Source: Pseudomonadota bacterium
GTDB lineage: Bacteria; Pseudomonadota; Gammaproteobacteria; Pseudomonadales; JAUIET01
Direction of reading: 5' to 3'
DNA: 64,000 nt
NCBI GenBank assembly: GCA_039111475.1
Contig: JBCCIP010000008.1
Location: 15,273-79,272 of the forward strand
This document shows, one piece after another, positions 19,016 through 27,816 of this stretch (within the stretch, counting starts at the first letter, position 1; every line of letters begins with the position of its first letter). Position numbers and translations under genes: made by a program. The notes beneath the pieces are model-generated. The model had not been told where the DNA came from, made no database searches, and saw nothing but the letters and a program-made list of their open reading frames with translations.

Positions 19016-19939
19016 TTGGACAAATCATTAGTAAGGAAACTGCAATCAGCCACATCGCTGCCGAGCATGCCCTTGGTTGCGGCAAAGCTGATCGAGCTTC
19101 TGGATGACCAAGATGCGTCGCCTGAAGAACTCGCAAAGGTTATCTCTCTCGATGTAGCTTTATCCGCCAGGATAGTTAGCGTATCCAATTCGCCTCTTTT
19201 TCACCGCGCGTCTGCCAGCCAAACAGTTTTACAAGCAGTCACAACCCTGGGTATGGACCGGGCAACGGCGGTGTCACTAGGGTTTTCGTTGCGTAGCTCA
19301 ATTTTGGCCGATAACAAAAGCGGTATCGACTACGATCTTTTCTGGAGACGTTCGCTACTGGTGGCCACTTGCGCAAAGTTCATTGCAGTGACGGCAAGTA
19401 AAGTGAAACCAGAAACAGCATTCCTTATTGGCTTGCTGCAAGACATTGGCATCATAGCGTTGGATAAAGTGGGCGCCGAATTCTATCAATCACTTCAGCC
19501 GGCTGAGCAGCGTGATCACGCCAGACTAACCGAATACGAAAACATACGTCTAGGAACCGATCACTGTGAAGTGGGTGCCTGGCTGCTAGATCACTGGCAG
19601 CTGCCCGACAACATCGTTGAATCTGTGCGACATAGTGATCAAACGGTGCACGCCGAAGAATACGCATCCGCTGAGTATGGTGCCACTTTAGCGGTTTCTA
19701 TTGAGTTAGCAGATTTACTTTTACCGGCCGATAGGGAGCGTTCGCTAGCGAACGTTAACGCGGGCTTGCAAAGGCATTGGCAGATTGATGCGAGTTGGCA
19801 CGTAAGCTATGCAGCGCAACTTTCTGAAGTAATAGGCGAAGTCGAACAGATTTTTGAGCAAATGCTAACGGAGGTTTCTGATATTGGCGAGCTATTGCAG
19901 GCTGCTGACACACTGCGATCTTCTCATTTACGCTCCTAG
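19016..19939 (+). CDS. HDOD domain protein
   Basis: LPSMP.VA.KLI, D.ALSARI...NSP, FWRRSL, GLLQDIG, DHCEVGAWLL.HWQLP. Confidence 0.9.
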   Translation: MDKSLVRKLQSATSLPSMPLVAAKLIELLDDQDASPEELAKVISLDVALSARIVSVSNSPLFHRASASQTVLQAVTTLGMDRATAVSLGFSLRSSILADNKSGIDYDLFWRRSLLVATCAKFIAVTASKVKPETAFLIGLLQDIGIIALDKVGAEFYQSLQPAEQRDHARLTEYENIRLGTDHCEVGAWLLDHWQLPDNIVESVRHSDQTVHAEEYASAEYGATLAVSIELADLLLPADRERSLANVNAGLQRHWQIDASWHVSYAAQLSEVIGEVEQIFEQMLTEVSDIGELLQAADTLRSSHLRS

Positions 19940-20006
19940 CACGTATAAAGAATTTGAGCGCACGCGGCGCGTACCTTTGACCCAACAAAGGTTACGCATA
20001 AGCATT

Positions 20007-20030
20007 GGTCGACCTGGCCCTATCATTCCC
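20007..20030 (+). repeat. 24-nt direct repeat, copy 2
   Basis: GGTCGACCTGGCCCTATCATTCCC. Confidence 0.85.
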
Positions 20031-20311
20031 TTCTATCGATTTCTTGCTTGCGCTGCTTGCAGACATGAGTAAACTGGCATTGACCAGCAGCTGTTTCATG
20101 TGCTCAGGGCAGCGTTGGTATTGAAGCCGAAATACAGACAGTAAAAAACTTACTTGTTAGCCCATGCATGTGTTTTCCACATTTCATGGCGTGGACAACC
20201 CGCTATGCGATGCGACAAAGCACGTATGGAGCTCTTAAGCTCTGAGAAATCCTTTGGGTATTTAGTGGAAAAGTTACGACCGGACTGTGACGTGCGCGAA
20301 AGAAATCAACG

Positions 20312-20761
20312 ATGAGACCGCCAGACCAGCATGTGCCACAGGGAAAGTATTTCCAGCTAATATATCAAAGCACAATTCAGGGTCAGCTGGATTCAGCGTC
20401 GATTGAGAGCCTCGTCAATCAGTCATCAGTTCACAATAACCGATCGGATATTACCGGGTTGTTGATACAAAAAAATAAGCGATTTCTACAGATTCTTGAG
20501 GGGAAGCCAATTGCTATCTTACGCCTGTTTGAGCGCATTGAGCAGGATCACAGACACACAGACGTCCATGTTTTACATCAGCACTATGTGGACCAACGGA
20601 AATTTGCCGATTGGAGTATGCGCCTGGTTGCGCCAGATGATGCGCTACGTGTCGGCGGGCCAGTCTACAATAAGCTGTTCGAAAGTGGCCGCAGTGGGTT
20701 TACTGATCATACGGGGCCATCCGCCGCTATCTTTGCGACTCTGTATGAATTCGTGGCATGA
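20312..20761 (+). CDS. Short BLUF-domain blue-light photoreceptor
   Basis: LIYQS (Tyr), NNRSDITGLL, FLQILEG (Gln), DHRH, RKFADWSM (Trp/Met). Confidence 0.92.
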   Translation: MRPPDQHVPQGKYFQLIYQSTIQGQLDSASIESLVNQSSVHNNRSDITGLLIQKNKRFLQILEGKPIAILRLFERIEQDHRHTDVHVLHQHYVDQRKFADWSMRLVAPDDALRVGGPVYNKLFESGRSGFTDHTGPSAAIFATLYEFVA

Positions 20762-20893
20762 CCACCTTTTTAGGTCAAGACTATTCGATCCCGAGGGCTA
20801 ATGGGCATCTAGCGGAACTTCACTACGCACATCATCGTTAATGTGAGCTAACTTCGTTATTCGTCACAACTACCGCATTTCATGCAGGCAGCG

Positions 20894-20927
20894 AGAAAGA
20901 GCGTCCACCGATTCACTCGATGGACGC
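20894..20927 (-). terminator. Putative intrinsic terminator of the ABM gene
   Basis: Minus strand GCGTCCATCGA-GTGAA-TCGGTGGACGC followed by TCTTTCT, 10 bp after the stop codon. Confidence 0.6.
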
Positions 20928-20937
20928 CTCCGATCGT

Positions 20938-21666
20938 TTATTTAATAGCGAGGATGTCATAGTTTTTGATGTTCGCTACAACACCTTCATCCCAACCGCC
21001 AACAAGCAAGTCTGCCGATTTCGCCTTTAGCAAAGCAGCTACTTGGCCTGCGAAATGCGCCTCTCTCCCGCTGCCGTCAGCGAAAATATCAAAAATCGCA
21101 AAGTTCTCTTTATCAATCTTTAACGCAGTCCAATACAGTGTTTTAGGTTCTGTGTCACCAACGATTGGCCCGGCCGCCGTCAACAGTTCTGCCAGCGCAG
21201 CCTCTTTTCCAGGCGCGGCTTTGAGACTGATATACGTGGCTGTCGTTGCAGTATGGAGCTCGATAGCTGCTTTTTCCGATAGTACATTGGCATTTTTGAT
21301 GTTGGCAACGACCCCGCGTTCCCAGCCTCCTTCAACAAGGGTGTCAGCTTTGTCTTTCAGTGCCTGGGCCACGGCGCCGGCGAAGTGGGCTTCGCGGCCG
21401 GCTTTGTCCGCGAATACATCGAAAATCGCTAGCGTGTTCAGGTTACGTAATGCAAACCAAAGCTTTGTCTTTGGTTCTGTTTTCTTGACCATCGGTGCAG
21501 CGTCTGCCAGGAAGTTTGATAAGGCTTCTACCTGTTCGTCGGCAGCGGTCATTTCAATGTAACTGGCGGTTTGTGGTTTCATAGTGTTCTCCTGAGCGAG
21601 TGTAGATGCCGTCATCATCATGGTTAAGCTCAGTATCCCGAGTCCTAGGTTGTATTGTTTAATCAT
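20938..21666 (-). CDS. Tandem ABM (dimeric alpha+beta barrel, quinol monooxygenase-like) protein with probable signal peptide
   Basis: Two similar halves each containing EPKT..W.AL, AIFD.FAD..GREAHFAG.VA, GGW..GVVANIKN. Confidence 0.82.
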   Translation of the reverse strand: MIKQYNLGLGILSLTMMMTASTLAQENTMKPQTASYIEMTAADEQVEALSNFLADAAPMVKKTEPKTKLWFALRNLNTLAIFDVFADKAGREAHFAGAVAQALKDKADTLVEGGWERGVVANIKNANVLSEKAAIELHTATTATYISLKAAPGKEAALAELLTAAGPIVGDTEPKTLYWTALKIDKENFAIFDIFADGSGREAHFAGQVAALLKAKSADLLVGGWDEGVVANIKNYDILAIK

Positions 21667-21680
21667 AGATATTTCCTATG
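21664..21680. promoter_or_regulatory. Putative LysR site overlapping the ABM start codon
   Basis: CATAG-ATATTTC-CTATG (T-N11-A); shares an exact 16-mer TTTAATCATAGATATT with the site at 21744. Confidence 0.6.
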
Positions 21681-21729
21681 TATCCCCTGAGTGAGAGCTT
21701 AAGATATTATAAATTTAACCCAGGGACCA

Positions 21730-21768
21730 ATACCGATTCTCTATTTAATCATAGATATTGACTATGAT
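21730..21768. promoter_or_regulatory. Putative LysR recognition plus activation sites
   Basis: ATAC-N7-CTAT-N6-ATAG-N7-CTAT; strong half is ATCATAG-N7-CTATGAT at 21748-21768. Confidence 0.7.
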
Positions 21769-21822
21769 AATCAGTTGCGGCACTCTTAAAAATCACTTTT
21801 CTAGCCGAGCTGCGTGATCACC

Positions 21823-22686
21823 ATGGAAATGAACCAAATCCGATACTTTCTCGCCGTCTGCCAGCATCGGAATTTCACTCATGCTGCGAGGGCATCCAAT
21901 GTTTCCCAACCTTCGTTGACTGCGGCGATCAAGAAGTTAGAGGGCGAGCTGGGTGGTGCCTTGTTTCTAAGGGACCGCGCCGGCTGTAATTTGACACCGC
22001 TGGGCAAGCTATTGGAGCCGCGTTTGCAAGAGGTGCAGCGTCAAACTCTGGAAGCCAAAGCGGAAGCCGTGCGCTACGTTCGTCTTGATCGAGTACCTAT
22101 TAGCGTGGGCATTCACGAAACGATTGGCCAAGACAATATCGCAAAAAGCATTGAGCGTTATCGTCTTGATCATCCTCAAGCGGATATCGAGTTGATTGTT
22201 GTGACGCACCGAGACCTGTTAGATGGGCTTCGAGCTGGGCGCTTCGATATTGCCATAACTAGCGACACTGCCAGTGATGATTCGTACCAGGTATTTCCAC
22301 TTTATGAAGAAGACTATCAAGTGGTAACGGCTGCGGAGCACCCGTTAAGCAATCAAGAGTCTGTATTCCTTACCGAACTCGCAAATGTGAACTTGCTGGA
22401 TCGGCTCAACTGCGAGATGCGAGAGACACTCGTTGAAACCTGTGCAACTCGCGGCATCACGCTGTATGCAAGCTATCGATCGAACAGAGTCGATTGGTTG
22501 CTGGCACTTGCCAGAGAAGGATTTGGAGCTGTGATCCTACCGGAATCCGCTATTCCAGATGGTTGCACACTGGCAGCTTTACCATTTAGGGATGTCGAGA
22601 TTAGGCGAGAGGTTGTTGCACTGCGGTATCGCCACCAGCCTCTACGATCCGAGGCCAATGCACTACTGTTGGCGTTGCAACAGTGA
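21823..22686 (+). CDS. LysR family transcriptional regulator
   Basis: MEMNQIRYF, NFT.AA...NVSQPSLT.AIKKLE.ELG..LF.R; divergent from the ABM gene. Confidence 0.93.
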   Translation: MEMNQIRYFLAVCQHRNFTHAARASNVSQPSLTAAIKKLEGELGGALFLRDRAGCNLTPLGKLLEPRLQEVQRQTLEAKAEAVRYVRLDRVPISVGIHETIGQDNIAKSIERYRLDHPQADIELIVVTHRDLLDGLRAGRFDIAITSDTASDDSYQVFPLYEEDYQVVTAAEHPLSNQESVFLTELANVNLLDRLNCEMRETLVETCATRGITLYASYRSNRVDWLLALAREGFGAVILPESAIPDGCTLAALPFRDVEIRREVVALRYRHQPLRSEANALLLALQQ

Positions 22687-22811
22687 CACCTTCTAATATG
22701 ACCGTATTTCTAACGTTTTTTTCCGTTGTCGATACCGCTCGTTCAAGAATCTTATCCAGGCAAGATTCACCATCAAAAGTCCACAGCTTAGCCGCCCATT
22801 TCTTACCCGAT

Positions 22812-24194
22812 CTAAAAGGTCAGCATTATTCTCGTACCTGTATCTGCACCTAAATCACCAATAGACACAGTACCCCCATGCGCGGTCATGATCTGGCGTG
22901 TCAACGCTAGCCCAACACCAGAGCCATCTCTTTTGGTTGTAAAAAACGGTACAAACACGCTACTGACTATTTCGCTTTCTATGCCAGGGCCATTGTCCAC
23001 TACTTCGATAACAATATTGCCGCGCTTATTTAGTCGGCCAAGCAATTCCACCTGCCCTTTTGTACTCGCTTTACGGGCTTCAATAGCCTGCAAGGAGTTT
23101 CGAAGAAGATTGATAAGCACTTGTTCAAGCATGTCCCGATCAGCGTTCAACTCCAGGCTCACCGGTGATAATGAAGATCGAAGCTCAACGCCCGCCTGCT
23201 CTGCTTCACTAGCCATTAGTGCTTTGATTGAATCGAAAATTTCTACTAGCTTGATGGGTCGGCGGTCGGGTTGCGGCAAACGAGTTAGCTTTCTATAACT
23301 CTGAACAAATTGCATCAGGCTATCAGAGCGATGCGCAATGGTAACGACGGCTTCTCGCACGTCATCAAGTTCTTCGCGTATCGCGTTGGCGGGCGCACTA
23401 TTGTCCAGTTGTTTTCCCATTGCGCTGGCTTCATGAATCATGTCGACTGTTGTAGAAGCCAAGGAGCTTATTGGCGTAATGCTGTTCATGATTTCGTGAG
23501 TGAGAACGCGTACCAGAGCTTGCCAGGCGTCTAACTGCGCTTCGTCTAATTCGGGCTGAATATCTTGCAGGCTAACCAATTTAACAACGCGCTCACCGAC
23601 CGAGACTTGAGCAGCAGCTACAGTGAATTGTTTTTCGAGGTCATCGATTTTTAGCGTAACGAGGTCACGTTGCCCTGCGGGTAGAGAGTTGAGTAACTGG
23701 CAAGCACCGGGTGAGAACTGTTCGAAGTGCTCCACTCTTGTGACCAGAGTGTTGCCAAAAAGGCGTCTTGCTGCATTATTGTTGAAGCTCACACTGCCAT
23801 CAGCATGCAATGACAGAGACGGCACAGGCACGTGCTCAATGAGCGCTTTCAGGTAGCGCAATTCTTGTTCTTGAGTGTGCCGATTATCTTCAAACCTCTG
23901 AAGAATATCACTGAATACCTGATTTAACTCTTCGAAACCGCTGCCGGTTACCTGAGCGCTAAAACGCTGGCTGAAGTCCGCATAACGAGCTGAGTCCAGG
24001 AAGCGTTGGAGTTCATTATTCGTTTTGCGAACAAAGCGAATCACTTCACCGGTCTGAAGCATGACAACCAGGCTCAGCAGGAATGCAGATACCGGATAGT
24101 GACCGCCCACAATCGTCAGGGCGAGTACAAACAGAGTTAATGCCAGCAACCCGATTCGAATGCCGACAAGAATTGAAAATTGTTTAAAGCCCAT
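22812..24194 (-). CDS. Sensor histidine kinase (PAS-HisKA-HATPase)
   Basis: RVLTHEIMNSITPI H-box, QVLINLLRN, DNGPGI, FVPFFTTK, GSGVGL. Confidence 0.93.
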   Translation of the reverse strand: MGFKQFSILVGIRIGLLALTLFVLALTIVGGHYPVSAFLLSLVVMLQTGEVIRFVRKTNNELQRFLDSARYADFSQRFSAQVTGSGFEELNQVFSDILQRFEDNRHTQEQELRYLKALIEHVPVPSLSLHADGSVSFNNNAARRLFGNTLVTRVEHFEQFSPGACQLLNSLPAGQRDLVTLKIDDLEKQFTVAAAQVSVGERVVKLVSLQDIQPELDEAQLDAWQALVRVLTHEIMNSITPISSLASTTVDMIHEASAMGKQLDNSAPANAIREELDDVREAVVTIAHRSDSLMQFVQSYRKLTRLPQPDRRPIKLVEIFDSIKALMASEAEQAGVELRSSLSPVSLELNADRDMLEQVLINLLRNSLQAIEARKASTKGQVELLGRLNKRGNIVIEVVDNGPGIESEIVSSVFVPFFTTKRDGSGVGLALTRQIMTAHGGTVSIGDLGADTGTRIMLTF

Positions 24195-25584
24195 GCTTTT
24201 CCATGCGTCTATATAATGCCGCCCTGGTTAAGCCAAGCTCTTTGGCAGTGTGGCTGATGTTGTAAGCGTGGCTCTGCAGCGCAGCTTGAATGGTATTCTT
24301 CTCTATGCGTTCAAGATTGAAATCTGCTTGCGATTGTTCTGCTTTAGCAATTGCTGTTGACTGCTGATCAGTAAGTACTGAATGGGTGTTCTGCAATTGC
24401 AGATCTTCTGCTTCTAGAAACTCACCCTCGGCTAGTATGACAGCGCGTTCAATTGCATGTCGCAGAGCGCGCACGTTACCGGGCCAATCATAGTTGCTAG
24501 CACTGAGTGCTGCTTGCGCCGACAATTCTCGCGAGGGTTTGCGATACTTCCTCGCATAATGTTTGGCGTAATAATTTGCGATAGTAATGATATCGTCGCG
24601 ACGCTCTCTCAGTGCTGGTAGAGATATCTCCACAGTATTCAATCTGAACAATAGGTCTTCGCGAAAATCACTTTTTCCGTACAATACGTCTCGTGGTACG
24701 TTGGTAGCCGCAATGACTCTCACGTCAAATGGCACACTGGCATTGCTGCCCACCGGTGTTAACTGGCGTTGCTCCAGCACAGTGAGTAATTTCGCCTGCA
24801 GTGACAAAGGTATATTGCCTATCTCGTCCAAAAACAACGTACCTTTGTCCGCTGCCTGCAATCGGCCAACACGATCGCGATCTGCGCCGCTGAACGCGCC
24901 TTTCTTGTGCCCGAACAGTTCAGACTCAAACAGGTTCTCCGCAATAGAACCAAGATCAATGGCCATGAACACATTTGACGCACGTGCGCTCTGTGCGTGC
25001 ACGGCTCTTGCGGCCAATTCTTTGCCGGTGCCGTTTTCACCAAGTATCAACACGTTCGCATCCGTCGGTGCCGCGCGCTCGATCAAGGAGTTCACATGCT
25101 GCATTGCTACGCTGTCAGCAATCATTGCTTGTGATGAGCCAGACACCTCAGCCAGGGCTTCATTGCTGAGCTTCAGTTGTTTGGCTTCGGAACGAGTAGC
25201 TCTTAGCTTCATTGCAGCAGACAAAGTGGCTATCAGCTTTTCGTTCTGCCAAGGCTTTGCGATGAAATCGGTAGCGCCGTATTTCATCGCTTCAACAGCA
25301 ATGTCCAGGCCGCCATGTGCGGTCACCATTATCACCACAGCATCAGTATCGACCTTCAAGATTTCTTGCAGCCAATACAAGCCCTCTGCCCCGCTACTGT
25401 CTCCGGGAGAGAAATTCATATCCAGCAAAATGACATCAAATTGATGCGCGTGCAAAAGCTCGTTTAGCTCGCCCGGCCAGTCGCACGTGACTACTTTGTC
25501 CACATGGCGCTTCAGCAACAATTTGCTCGCGGTCAGAATGTCTTTGTCGTCATCTACGATGAGAATCTTGGATTCGGTCTGCAC
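24184..25584 (-). CDS. Sigma54-dependent response regulator (NtrC family)
   Basis: ILIVDDD, LLDMNF, GENGTGKE, ESELFGH.KGAFSGA, LFLDEIG, WPGNVR, Fis HTH; probable GTG start at 25584 because the longer track ORF covers the enhancer sites. Confidence 0.93.
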   Translation of the reverse strand: MQTESKILIVDDDKDILTASKLLLKRHVDKVVTCDWPGELNELLHAHQFDVILLDMNFSPGDSSGAEGLYWLQEILKVDTDAVVIMVTAHGGLDIAVEAMKYGATDFIAKPWQNEKLIATLSAAMKLRATRSEAKQLKLSNEALAEVSGSSQAMIADSVAMQHVNSLIERAAPTDANVLILGENGTGKELAARAVHAQSARASNVFMAIDLGSIAENLFESELFGHKKGAFSGADRDRVGRLQAADKGTLFLDEIGNIPLSLQAKLLTVLEQRQLTPVGSNASVPFDVRVIAATNVPRDVLYGKSDFREDLLFRLNTVEISLPALRERRDDIITIANYYAKHYARKYRKPSRELSAQAALSASNYDWPGNVRALRHAIERAVILAEGEFLEAEDLQLQNTHSVLTDQQSTAIAKAEQSQADFNLERIEKNTIQAALQSHAYNISHTAKELGLTRAALYRRMEKHGL

Positions 25585-25603
25585 GTTAGTAAGCCATGGT
25601 GAG

Positions 25604-25663
25604 TGTCCGTTATCGTACAGTAGATGTTCGGAATCGACCATAGCCGGTGTTCGAAACTGAACA
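25604..25663. promoter_or_regulatory. Three tandem enhancer (bEBP) binding sites, TGTNCG-N4-CGNACA
   Basis: TGTCCGTTATCGTACA (25604), TGTTCGGAATCGACCA (25625), TGTTCGAAACTGAACA (25648). Confidence 0.75.
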
Positions 25664-25696
25664 CGAACGGCACTAGGTGGTCATTATTTCTAATAA

Positions 25697-25709
25697 ATTC
25701 AATAAGTTA
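25697..25709 (+). promoter_or_regulatory. Putative IHF site
   Basis: ATTCAATAAGTTA, one mismatch to WATCAANNNNTTR, lying between the enhancer and the -24/-12 element. Confidence 0.55.
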
Positions 25710-25714
25710 GAAAT

Positions 25715-25730
25715 TGGCACGGCGATTGAT
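25715..25730 (+). promoter_or_regulatory. Sigma54 -24/-12 promoter of the exporter operon
   Basis: TGGCACG-GCGA-TTGAT versus consensus TGGCACG-N4-TTGCW. Confidence 0.72.
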
Positions 25731-25741
25731 AGTAGATACGC

Positions 25742-27070
25742 ATGAAAACAAATGATCTCAAAATTGCCACCCCACACAATGAGTCATCCAGCCCGACTGG
25801 TGGTCGGACTTCCAGCATGGATAGAAAAGTTGAAAGGCGCGGCCCGAGCAAATGGTTGAAGGCGGGCGCAATCGCGTTCTTGTTGTGTATCGCCGCTTAC
25901 TTCCTTTACCACTCCGCTATGCAAGGACGGGCTCTCACCATCAATGGTGAACGCCAGCGCATTGCCACGGTCAAGAGCGGCTTATTCGAAGACTACATTC
26001 CATTGCGCGGCCAAGTTGTGCCCTTGAGTACTGTTTATCTCGACGTTGTACAGGGGGGCAGGGTTGAGGAAGTGCTAATAGAAGATGGGGCATTGATCAC
26101 TGCCGAGCAGCAGCTAGTGCGCTTATCAAATTCAGATTTGCAGCTAAGCGTGATGAATACTGAATCCAGAGTCATGGAACAATTAAACGCAATGCGCGAC
26201 CAGGAATTGCGGCTGGAACAAAACAGGCTGGGCCACAAGCGCGCTCTGGTGGAGATTAGATACAACATTCTGCGCTTAAGGCGAGACCTTGCCAGGCAAA
26301 AAGAGTTACTAAAGAAAAAGCACATATCACAAGCAGAGTACGACGCGTTTGTAGACGAGCTGGACTATTACGAGCAACGTAAAGCCGTCACCATTGAGAG
26401 CCAGGCATCCGATGAAAAAATGATGCGCTCGCAACTCACTTTTATCGCCGATAAAAACGGCATAATGGAAGACAACCTCGCATTTGCACGCAAGAGCCTC
26501 GACGATCTCAATGTAGGCGCGCCCGTAGCAGGTCGACTTTCTGGGTTCAACCTGGAGGTTGGTCAGAGCATTAGCAGAGGCGAGCGCATTGGCCAGATCG
26601 ACAGCCCGGATGAGTTCAAGCTCAAAGCCGAAATTGATGAATACTATCTTGGTCGCGTCAGCCTTGACCAAACAGTCAGCCTGATGCACGCAGGAGGCAG
26701 CTACCAGCTGACCGTTTCCAAAATATATCCAGACGTAAGCAATGGTCGATTCGACGTTGATCTATTGTTTGGTGAATCCGCACCTAAAGGCATCAGACGC
26801 GGGCAAACCTTGCAAGTGCAGCTGACGCTGGGCAATTCAACACAGGCACTGATTATTCCGAACGGAAATTTTTTCCAGGATTCTGGCGGTCGCTGGGTGT
26901 TTGTGGTGAACAATGACGGAACTGAAGCCGTCAAGCGTTCGGTAACCCTGGGGCGAAGAAACAAGAATTTTATAGAAGTGGTGTCGGGTCTGGAGCTAGG
27001 AGAGCGTGTACTGGTTTCTTCCTACTCGGCATTCGGCGACGTCGAGCGACTCAAGCTCAACGACTCTTAG
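25742..27070 (+). CDS. Efflux periplasmic adaptor subunit (MacA/HlyD-like)
   Basis: N-terminal TM, GGRVEE, coiled coil, AP..G.L, GL..GERV; alternative start MDRKV at 25817. Confidence 0.9.
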   Translation: MKTNDLKIATPHNESSSPTGGRTSSMDRKVERRGPSKWLKAGAIAFLLCIAAYFLYHSAMQGRALTINGERQRIATVKSGLFEDYIPLRGQVVPLSTVYLDVVQGGRVEEVLIEDGALITAEQQLVRLSNSDLQLSVMNTESRVMEQLNAMRDQELRLEQNRLGHKRALVEIRYNILRLRRDLARQKELLKKKHISQAEYDAFVDELDYYEQRKAVTIESQASDEKMMRSQLTFIADKNGIMEDNLAFARKSLDDLNVGAPVAGRLSGFNLEVGQSISRGERIGQIDSPDEFKLKAEIDEYYLGRVSLDQTVSLMHAGGSYQLTVSKIYPDVSNGRFDVDLLFGESAPKGIRRGQTLQVQLTLGNSTQALIIPNGNFFQDSGGRWVFVVNNDGTEAVKRSVTLGRRNKNFIEVVSGLELGERVLVSSYSAFGDVERLKLNDS

Positions 27071-27121
27071 CGCTATTCCCGAAATTTAGTGACAACATTG
27101 GATTATCAACAGGAAATTTGC

Positions 27122-27805
27122 ATGATCAAGTTACAAGAACTCTCCAAAATATATCGCACCGACGATATTGAAACCGTCGCACTGGATGCGGTCAACATAG
27201 AGATTGAAACCGGTGAATTCGTTGCCATTATGGGCCCCTCTGGCTGTGGAAAATCATCTCTGCTGAATGTTATTGGCATGTTGGACGTGGCGAACAGCGG
27301 GCAATACATTTTCAATGGCAACGACATCAGCACGCAGTCTGAAAATCAGTTGAGCGAATTGCGAAAGCGTAATATTGGTTTTGTCTTCCAGAGTTTCAAT
27401 CTCATTGACGAACTCAGCGTAAGGGAAAATATCGAGCTTGCGCTTTTATATCACAATATTCCTGCGGCAGAGAGAAAGCAAAGAGTGGCTGCGGTGATGG
27501 ACAAAATAGGCATTGCGCATCGCGCAGGTCACCGGCCTAGCCAACTTTCAGGCGGTCAGCAACAGCGTGTTGCAGTTGCTAGAGCCGTGGTGGGTGAGCA
27601 ATCCATTATTCTTGCTGACGAACCCACTGGGAACCTTGACAGTCGCCAAGGCCAGGAAGTGATGGAAATGTTGCGTGCTCTAAACGATGAAGGCAAAACC
27701 ATTATTATGGTTACTCATTCGGCGTCGCATGCTGACTATGCCAAACGCACCATTAATTTGTTTGACGGCCGTGTGGTTGTTGAAAATCTACGCGCAGTAT
27801 CTTGA
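27122..27805 (+). CDS. ABC transporter ATP-binding protein (MacB/LolD-type)
   Basis: GPSGCGKS, FVFQSFNL, LSGGQQQR, LADEPTGNLD, MVTH. Confidence 0.95.
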   Translation: MIKLQELSKIYRTDDIETVALDAVNIEIETGEFVAIMGPSGCGKSSLLNVIGMLDVANSGQYIFNGNDISTQSENQLSELRKRNIGFVFQSFNLIDELSVRENIELALLYHNIPAAERKQRVAAVMDKIGIAHRAGHRPSQLSGGQQQRVAVARAVVGEQSIILADEPTGNLDSRQGQEVMEMLRALNDEGKTIIMVTHSASHADYAKRTINLFDGRVVVENLRAVS

Positions 27806-27816
27806 GGAGTAGAAGC

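Noticed and set aside
18780..20030. 24-nt repeat as a CRISPR array or a conserved coding motif (GRPGPIIP)
   Set aside because: Only two copies 1.2 kb apart and no cas genes; copy 1 is directly preceded by an in-frame TGA, and the minus-strand mini-ORFs diverge after seven codons
20966..21562. 198-aa + strand ORF with internal repeat
   Set aside because: Antisense shadow of the tandem ABM gene; the repeat mirrors that duplication
18000..22800. Integron cassette array or mobile island
   Set aside because: No integrase, transposase, tRNA anchor or convincing attC sites seen; genes are in mixed orientation
24587..25444. 285-aa + strand ORF
   Set aside because: Antisense shadow of the sigma54 response regulator, Ser-rich with no motifs
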